A stretch of 62,276 bases of DNA, the filler included, from Choristocarpus tenellus KU-1152 (Eukaryota; Protista; Phaeophyceae): assembly GCA_964200185.2 (NCBI GenBank). It is 12 parts of 12 records of this genome, joined end to end, with 100 filler letters (N's around TTAATTAATTAA, not from the genome) between each part and the next. Parts side by side here need not be neighbours in the genome. Positions count along the whole stretch, not along the records: positions 49,400 to 54,663 come from CAXNAD020011318.1; positions 54,764 to 58,151 come from CAXNAD020020376.1; positions 58,252 to 62,276 come from CAXNAD020016612.1; 9 more parts are not named here. One strand, given 5' to 3'. This document shows positions 53,758-62,276 of the stretch, in pieces; position 1 is the stretch's first letter; the number at the start of each line of letters is the position of its first letter. The position numbers and the translations under genes are program-made. The notes beneath the pieces were generated by a model. It did no database searches, was not told the origin of the DNA, and saw only the letters and a list, made by a program, of their open reading frames with translations.

Positions 53758-54480
53758 ATAATTATATAATAATAGTGTGGTATTATACATGTGATTATTA
53801 ATTATTATACCCTTTGACATTTGTAGATTTGTCACTTAAAAACTGATCAAAACCTGTGAGAGGGCATAATAAAATATATGAAAAGCTGTCGTAATACATA
53901 CATAATTTTCCAATGATAGTAAGTAATAAAGTACTCCGAGTATTCTGTTCGGAAAATAGATATGAGAGAAATAATAATTCTGTTCTACATTTTGCGGATA
54001 AAATCGGAGCAATGTATCACCATTTATAAGACCAAATTCATGTATGTATAACAAGATAAGACGGACTCAAATTTTGTACATATACTCAAAACACGCGTCA
54101 TTTTGGGGAGTTGAACATATTCCTAATCACGAAAAATTGGTGGAATCATGTATTGACACCTCCTAAATACAACAATCATTTCTTCAACTCCAAAAATCGA
54201 TAGTGTTAGGAATTTCTTGACGTCTGATATATACATATATGTATATAGTTTTCATTGGTTTTCCCCTGACACATCTGCAAAATGTCAGAGGGTATAATAA
54301 TATTATATAATTATTGATCATATCAAAAACTTAACTGTTGATGTTTTGATATTTTGCTTTCATCACAAATTTTGGATTTAAAATGCCAGAGGGCATAATA
54401 ATAGAAATATATTTTATCATCCGATCTATTATTATTATGCCGTCCAACATTTTGGAGATGTGTCCGAGGGGAAACAAATT
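53758..54480. mobile_element. Foldback/MITE-like cluster of inverted ~30-50 bp units
   Basis: TATTATACCCTTTGACATTTGTAGAT (~53803) is the near reverse complement of ATCTGCAAAATGTCAGAGGGTATAATA (~54273); more related units at ~53860, ~54385 and ~54430. Confidence 0.55.
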
Positions 54481-57400
54481 AAAAATAATAGATATATATA
54501 ATAAATTGGAGGGGATGGGGTTGTGGAGGTGATGGAGGAAGTCGACGACGGCACACGAGACAGGAAAGGGCAAGGACCGAATATAGGTGGAGGGATTAAC
54601 CCTGCTCCAGCAATAGATACCCAGGTTTCGATTTCGCAGAATGGAGAAGGATCGACAGAGAACNNNNNNNNNNNNNNNNNNNNNNNNNNNNNNNNNNNNN
54701 NNNNNNNTTAATTAATTAANNNNNNNNNNNNNNNNNNNNNNNNNNNNNNNNNNNNNNNNNNNNCCCGCACAAACCCCCCCCCCCCCCCCTAGATACTTTG
54801 ACCCTATTAATAGTATTGCTGGACATAGACCTGGTCCTTGTCGTCGTCCATCCACGAATATTATCTGTCACCTTCGTCTTTGTGACTGTTGGTCGCATTG
54901 TGATCTTCACAAAGAGTAAAAACAGATCCCACAATGCTGTGAAATGATCGCAGCCTGTCATGCACTAAATGGATTGGATAACCATTAAAATGCGCGTCCC
55001 ACAGAGTGTTGCATTTATAATTCGTTTTATTACAGTTACCATATTCCTTGGCATAGTATGTATATCATGCATTGCCATAATTGTATGACCTATCTTTTAA
55101 GTAAAGAGATCATTGGATGTGTTTGTGGTACAGATCCTCGCCAAAAAAATGTTACTGTCTGTGACTCGTGTGTCTTGGCCCAGATATTGTGTCACCCACA
55201 TGTCATAATCCTTCGCATAGGTTGACCATCTAGTTTCTACGAGTTTTTTACATATCATTTTGTCGTAGTTGGGTGTGGTCTATCGTTTTGTGATGAGGTT
55301 AGATAACTGGTAACAGATGTCAATTGACCTCTTTAGGACCAACTCTGTCTTGACATCTCTTGTTTACCAGGTTTATCAATCCTTGCAAATAGACTATACG
55401 TACATATTGGTGGAATTTAGACAAATAAATAATAATTAATTTATGTCTATTACTCTCCTCGTTTGCATGAGTGGATGCATGCGATGGTGAAGAGACTGTA
55501 TCACCAGGCACATTAGCACCCGTGTACTAGAGGTGGCTACATCATGTCTCGTTTTCATGAAATATACTTATTGATCATCATGAAATGACAAATTTCCCAA
55601 AAAACAAAGATTCAAGTCTAACACTAGGTACGTGATGGAGACTTCAGGCGAGTCACCTTTGTTTATTTTTTTTAGTGGTATGATCCCCCCAACATGATGT
55701 AGTCATCGTACAGTCACCTCATATATCGTTTTAGGGAGTTTAGCCACCAACATCGATGTCACTTGGAATATTGTAGTCATCATAAGCAATATTCCAATCG
55801 TTATCAGAATGTGAGGAAGGAGAACGTGTACACACATCGTATATTCGATATCTTGTCGTCTGCTGTGTTGATTTTGATCATCTGACACGTGCTTGTCTTT
55901 TCACACATCGGAGTGTTGACCAAAATAATCGTATCATGTAGCAACGTGAGATCACAAACGCTTGTCAAACAGTTTGTTGACATCATACAACGTTTGGTCC
56001 TCATATTCACCCATTTTGAGTATCCTCTGTTTATACAAGATACAAGAGATCCATATGCTGGCCACATATACCCCTCGCCTCGTATTGAGGGTGACCGCAT
56101 TGCTAATCTCATACTCTCAGACCCGGACCATGACCTTGGTGCGATACTGACCGCATCCATCAACCCCACTCGTAAATTAGGTTTTGACTGCTATGCTGAT
56201 TCCATACTCTTATACTTTGTGGAGCTTGATTGGTATGGTGATCACCACATACCATCCACCTTAGGCTAATGATATTCTGATCAGAAAATAATTATTGACT
56301 CGTTTGTATGTTACACTTAATTTGTATTTATAGAGCAGTGTAATATAACGGTGGAGTAGTATACTAACAGTCACACATGTTTCCCATTTTGCTCACCTTT
56401 TGATTGACCTTTGGCTTTGAATCTCATCAGAAGGGATGTTGATGTGGAAAGCAAGTTTGTTACTGTATCGTTATTGCCGTATGCCATACAACGTTACACA
56501 GACTGAGGTTCCATAACAAGAATTTCCGATCAAGTAAAGGATCTTCCGTGAGAATATGAATCCATGAAAACTCTTCAACAGACCAGTTCCACAGATAAGG
56601 GACTGCTCTTCATTCCGAGTTTTCAAACATCAAATATTAAATTGTTCTCATGTCTAGTCTTTTCTGATGATCCCCTCTTACAAGATCCTCGGTCACTCCA
56701 CAGTTTGTGCGAGTCCGTGCAAATCCGTGCAGTCTTGCACTTGTCCGACCTTAAGCTTGTCCTCTTGGTTACGGTTCATCTTGGTTCGTCTCGTTCGTCT
56801 CGTCCGTCTTGCCCAGTGATTCTATTCACCACCTTTGCCTGAGTGGACCACGCCGTCAAAGAATCATACGATTGATACATACATCTGGAGAACGTCACAG
56901 GGCATAATAATATCATTGATATTTAGGGAGGATGTGAGGAGGCATATATAGATGAAAAAAATATAAATTTACATCATTCCCAACAACACATTTTACTCTT
57001 TCCGCATGAGAATGTCGAAATTTGTCTTGAACTCACAAATCATCTTAACCACACAAACGCCAAACACACATTAATATAGCTATATTCAGTTATTAATAGT
57101 CTGAAGATATTTAAAATAGAAAATACTATCGAAGTATTAATAATAATTTGTTTTTGGAGAGAATAATCGCTTTCAACAGACCAGGGTCGAAGGAATCCAT
57201 TAAATCAGCCCGGACAGCTTTAGGGACCTGCCTATATACCAATTTCAGCTAGTAAAGGAATGATTGAAGGAGGTGCCCGTGATAAACCTATTAGTTGGTG
57301 GTCAACCTATACCATGTCGAAAAGCTTCACAGACCTCAAGCCCAGCATCGTTCTTCAGAAGAACATTTGGATTAATCCGCAAAACAGGTCGACATAGTTG

Positions 57401-57791
57401 AGCAGAAGGCAAATATCTAATGTTGGAACAAACAAGAGGTGTGTTAGCAGGTATCATTCTTCAGAATAACATTTATATTCATCAATGAAGCATGTCGACA
57501 TAGTTGAGCAGAAGGTAAGCAATTGATGTTGGAACGAAGAATGGAAAGTAGAAGCCCTTGTAGGAGGAAGGAAGTCAAGAAGTCACTTCCACACCCTCAA
57601 TTTATACTCGATAATAGTTCATTTTCAGAGTTGTGTCATTGTCAACAACGTTATGGTGTCTTTAATTGTCTTGATCTTTCAAATCTCTTTAAACCTCTCT
57701 TCTCCCCATCACCCACCTCTCGTGTTCTTGACATCCTATTTTGCTGCACTCAGGTACTTGGTCTGATAACATTATCTCTTAAGCACGTTAC

Positions 57792-58048
57792 GAGTGAAAG
57801 TATCTCAGAGGGTACGAGTTTTGCCCCGTTTTTCCGTTTGGACTTGGCTTCCCATGAGCTTTGTTAGGACATTTTCCTACTCCAAAATGTTTTGGAGTAG
57901 GTAAAATGTGTACGTTATGAAAAGGTGTGTCTAGAACAAGGATATTGACACTTCCTAACAGATATGCTAGGCAAAATCACATCAAAATAGCAACTTTGAA
58001 TTTTGGACCCCAAATGGATGCAGCTCTACCCTCTAAGATACTAGCCTC
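57792..58048 (+). mobile_element. MITE family A, copy 3 (TSD not preserved)
   Basis: GAGTGAAAGTATCTCAGAGGGTA...TACCCTCTAAGATACTAGCCTC; interior homologous to copies 1 and 2. Confidence 0.88.
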
Positions 58049-59450
58049 TAAGTAGTAATGTTACAGGCGCCCCTCAAAGCTTGATGTTTAGCTCAGTCAA
58101 TATCTCGCTTTCGCTTTATCAAAAGAGGTATATCAAAAGAACTGAGGGGTGNNNNNNNNNNNNNNNNNNNNNNNNNNNNNNNNNNNNNNNNNNNNTTAAT
58201 TAATTAANNNNNNNNNNNNNNNNNNNNNNNNNNNNNNNNNNNNNNNNNNNNAATGGACACCCTCTGGTGTATAGATCTCTCCCCCCCCCCCAGATACTTT
58301 GACCCATATATATATGTATATACTGTATGCACTGGAGTATCCAATACCCCACAACTCTGAATCCCGTAAGACTTGTGTATTTGCAATGGGCATGTCTGTA
58401 CTGCTGCATCTCATCAAGACTGTACTTCCGATAAAAAAAATATAGGAGTAGTAGGATCAGTAGGGTCACCTTCTTCACCACTTGTTAACAGTATAGTGAC
58501 TACACACGCCAGCATTTAAAATAAATATATATATATATATATATATATAGGAGTAGACGTTTTTTCAAGTCCATGTACGGTCCTTATTGCAAGTCCATGT
58601 ACGGTCCTTATTGCAGTACTTGACGGGGTGGATGGTTTGGTTTAGATTTGTGGCACTTGTTTTTATGAGTTCTGCTTTGTTGGTTCTGCTTTGTTGGATC
58701 TGCTTTGTTGGACCTTTTCCAGTTACGGCCATATTTGATTGGCCATGTTGTAACGGCTGTTACATTGTGAGAGAGGGGTAGCGGGAGGATATCTCAGGGA
58801 CTGGCTCTTTTTCCTAAGAATGTGGGACAAGCCTTGGGGTGAGGGACTGGGACCATCGTTAAGGTGGGGCACGTGGAAGACAATGGCAAGCCGACCTTCT
58901 GTCTTAGATTCCTTTTTAGTGCAGGACTGTGTGCATCTGCCTGTCTCAATCTCTCTCACTCGGGATGTGTGTCTCAAAGTTGGAGGTGCTCTGCATATAT
59001 ATATATATACATATTTTGTGTGTGTGTGACGACAGATACAGGTTGGAAAAAAAAAATGTTAATCTTGTCCTGAGGTGCAATATATATATTTTTGTGAGGG
59101 TACTACTCTGTACAAAGCACTCAGTGTGTCTCTTCATGTGTGGAGGTGTGTTCAGGCTGATTTCAGATTGAAGCATTGGGTGCCAGCCCCCCCCAAAGGG
59201 TCTACTTCGAACCTCCCCCCCAAAATGGCCTTTTTCTGACGTGTCTGCCTTGAGGCTAGAACCTCCAGTAAGAAAAGATCAAAGGTACCCCTTCACCCCT
59301 TTTGTCCCCTTCACCTAAACCACCCTCATCCCAACTTACTAATTTCTACCCACATCTATCGAACTTACATCCCAACAAGGACAAACACGATTACCCACTG
59401 ATCCAAAAGCCGACTTCATCCTACCTACAAGTTTCCCTCTAAATTTTACA

Positions 59451-59487
59451 ACTACTACTACTAGTACTACTACTACTGCTACTGCTG

Positions 59488-59539
<52 letters not shown>

Positions 59540-59586
59540 CTCTACTACCTCTACTACCTCTACTACTACTACTGCGAAGTGATGTC

Positions 59587-59617
<31 letters not shown>
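59451..59617. repeat. Compound (CTA)n / (AAT)n microsatellite
   Basis: Seen directly. Confidence 0.95.
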
Positions 59618-59619
<2 letters not shown>

Positions 59620-59648
59620 CTTCATGAACACTCTTGTTGTGCCCGTAG

Positions 59649-61006
59649 CGCCCTGCGGTACAGTTAGATTGGCTCAAGACCCTTGTCAATGGCGCATCAG
59701 CTGTTCCTCTTAGGCCGGCCCCCGACCCTGCCAACTACAGCACCTCTGTGAAACGTGGCAGCAAGTCCTACCCCATTGACACAAGCAATAGTAACAGAAG
59801 GTAAGTGTTATTTTTTTCTGGATAGTATGTACATATACATATATATATACATACATATATATACTTGTCTCCTTTGATTAAACATCTCAACAGCAACATG
59901 CATGAATGTGTCTGTGTCGGCGAGTGAGATTATGGATGTATGTAGTGCACAGGGTTTGTGGTTTGTTCAGTTGCATGGTGGAGATGAAGGAGATGAGGGT
60001 GTTGACTTTTTATTTTTGTGAATGCTTCCCCCCACCCCAAGACTGAGGATGTTCTTGACAATGCTCTTTGAGATGTTCTGTAAGATGCTTTTTTTTTTCT
60101 TACTAGTTGTGACTACAACCTCTAGCTAGTGTTGTAACTTTTTTGTTGACTGTGGTAATTTGCTTTCTTGGGAATTGGCATGCTGTAGGCAGTGGGAGGG
60201 GAGGACACACAATGGATCCATCTTGAGATACTCCAGATGTAATGTGAAGCATGGTTTTCCTAGAGATAATGGACTACTTGGCCTTGGTTGCCTTGATATA
60301 TGTAGGCTTAACGCAGAGTGCTGTTGGTGCTCTTAAAGGACCAAAATGAAAGCACAGTACGTTCTAGAGTGAGCATGAGAGGCAGAAGGGCAGTAATTGT
60401 CACTATTTTGTGGGGGACGGTGTTGGCTTTTATGAACCCTTAGCTCCTCTTTAACTCTAAGTGGTCGGGGCTGTTTCTCTTTGGGTTAGGGTTAGGCCAG
60501 TTGCGTGTAGGTATCAAATGAAACTAGGGTTAGGGAATGAAGTATCACGTGTTTCAAGCAGTTACTTCCTTGACACTACTGCTCTACTTTTGCCATCTTG
60601 AATGCCCCGTTTTTCTCAGGTGGAGGTACAGACAGTCAACTGTGTACTGGAGAGACCTTGGATATGACAACCCTTACTCTATCCATAACCCTGGCCTGTC
60701 AAGCATAGTATGGCATTTATGATGTTAACATTAATAGCATTAATTGCTAATCTTCAAAGTTATTCCTGGTTCTTCTCATTTTAATAAGATTCTTGACATA
60801 GGTCTTGTCTGTCTACCTTTCCCCCTGTCTGATGCCCCACTGCCTCTTCCCCCCCTGTGAGTAGTGTATTCCCTCTAATATTCCCTGCCCTTGCCCCAAC
60901 TATTTTCTTGGCCTGCTAAAGCAGGGTACACCTGGAAGGCGTGTTCATCATCACCTTGCACATGGATGCTGGCCTGGAACGTATAGCTGAGGCCACTGGT
61001 GCCAAG
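59649..61006 (+). CDS. NBS1: Probable nibrin/NBS1, BRCT1-BRCT2 junction. Exons 59649-59800 and 60925-61006
   Basis: Spliced peptide RPAVQLDWLKTLVNGASAVPLRPAPDPANYSTSVKRGSKSYPIDTSNSNRRVHLEGVFIITLHMDAGLERIAEATGAK parallels remembered NBS1 sequence (RPIV..W/F...P....Y....D.....R...(F/L).G..F........L......G). The phase-2 junction is consistent. Confidence 0.6.
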
Positions 61007-62276
61007 GTTTGCAGGTGCTCCCCTTTCCCAATATAGGTTGACCTATCAATAGGAAGTAGTGCGCCCTGAAGTGTTCAATGATTGGGTGACTTGAAGAGTA
61101 CATACATCAACGCTTTGTTCCTCCAACAGTCAATAGCAGCATGCAGATAGATCCTGTCAACAGAGCCAAAAACTGAAATAAATGTCCAAGTCATCTTGCC
61201 ATGAATATGTGATATAATGTGCAGAGTACAATACAGAGTAGCCCCAAGAATAGTATGAAACATGGGCACACGCACACACACGCGCGCGCGCGCGTGCAAA
61301 CACACTGGATGTGGGTAGAGATATGCAGACCCCTAAGTCATTCCTATATAGTAACAGGTGTGAGAGGTAAGGATGGCAAGGATTTTTCTATGTATGTGGA
61401 CAATACAGACATTATGCGTAAGACCAGAGGAGGTCTGACTACATTGAGGATAGTGATTGTGAAGGTGGCCACAGGCCATTTGGGTTGGCTTTGTCTATAC
61501 TAAAGACAGAGGCTATATGCCTTTGACCTCCCAGTGAGAGTCTGGTGACATCATGTGCCTCCTGGCTTTTGGTCAGCACTATAACCATATTGACAACCCG
61601 GTTCCTTGTAGCCATGATGCACCTTCTCCTTAACACACATCTTGAAAACATCTTTTATTTTTTATACCGCCACAATTTTTATTTTATTTTTTATTTTTTC
61701 CTGATTTTTTATTTTTGAATGCTTGGTGGTTCCTCCCCCCCCTCTGTCCACCTCTCGGAATGGATTGTGTCTACTTTCTAAGAGCCTACGAAATGAGAGG
61801 CGATGTTTTTGACAGGGAGAACTGGGTGAATTTAAGCAATGGAAGGAGGGTGTTCTATGTACAGGTATGTAGTTGTACTTTGTTTATTATTGCTTTGAAT
61901 TATTGTATGTCAACTTTGTTAGTTGGTAGTATGGAGAAGCAACCTTGCAGTACTAGGCCATCCCTCATTACCTCCAACAAACCTGCAAGGTCCTGGTCCC
62001 TCCAGGCTCTTCCTGGACAGCCCCATGCCCGGCCCCTGGAAGTGGTCATTGGATTCGAACTTCTAGCACAAAGTTTTTTTTTATTGGTTGACATTTTTTG
62101 TTGTTTAATACTAGTATCGGTAGAGGTATGAAGCCAGTATGTAGTGGACAGACTGCATGTTATTGAATTATGTTTGTTAACTTGAGCTGGAAGACAAATG
62201 TGGAACCCCAAACACACCCCCCCCCCACCCCCAAACTTTTGACATCCTTGATAGTTTTTGAGACAAAGCAGAAAGA

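Noticed and set aside
54764-57700. Protein-coding gene
   Set aside because: Coding-like patches only, with no motif or consistent exon chain; probably decayed TE. The same applies to 10759-13550 and 34660-35750.
7838-58251. TTAATTAATTAA as a biological repeat, and gene clustering across it (e.g. THOC2, PYROXD1, NBS1)
   Set aside because: Assembly linker; contig adjacency is arbitrary.
60620-60710. Extra NBS1 exon (WRYRQSTVYWRDLGYDNPYSIH)
   Set aside because: It has an acceptor, but no donor in phase with the next exon, and it would break the BRCT alignment.

Overview
This is eukaryotic nuclear DNA with long introns, many microsatellites and scattered TTAGGG/CCCTAA motifs. A stramenopile alga (brown-algal-like) is my inference only. 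The window is not contiguous: 12 small contigs are joined by artificial 100-bp linkers (N44-TTAATTAATTAA-N44), so neighbours across linkers are meaningless. Host genes recovered by manual splicing, all partial: THOC2 (one GC-AG intron), PYROXD1 3' half, NBS1/nibrin tandem-BRCT exons, one HVA22/REEP exon, and a secreted protein with a duplicated Cys/Trp domain. The rest is mostly mobile DNA: Copia and Gypsy relics, solo-LTR-like elements, a ~260-bp MITE family with GAG...CTC-type ends and 4-bp TSDs, and minisatellites. The most interesting locus is contig 20547-28690. It holds a 9-exon DUF7869/Sola-like DDD transposase head-to-head with an intron-containing ParB/Srx-fold gene (DGNHR motif), separated by a 1.3-kb array of six palindrome-containing repeats. 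This is a candidate two-gene DNA transposon carrying a ParB-like protein and a possible cognate binding array. Both genes are decayed in this copy. All family assignments come from remembered motifs; no searches were run.
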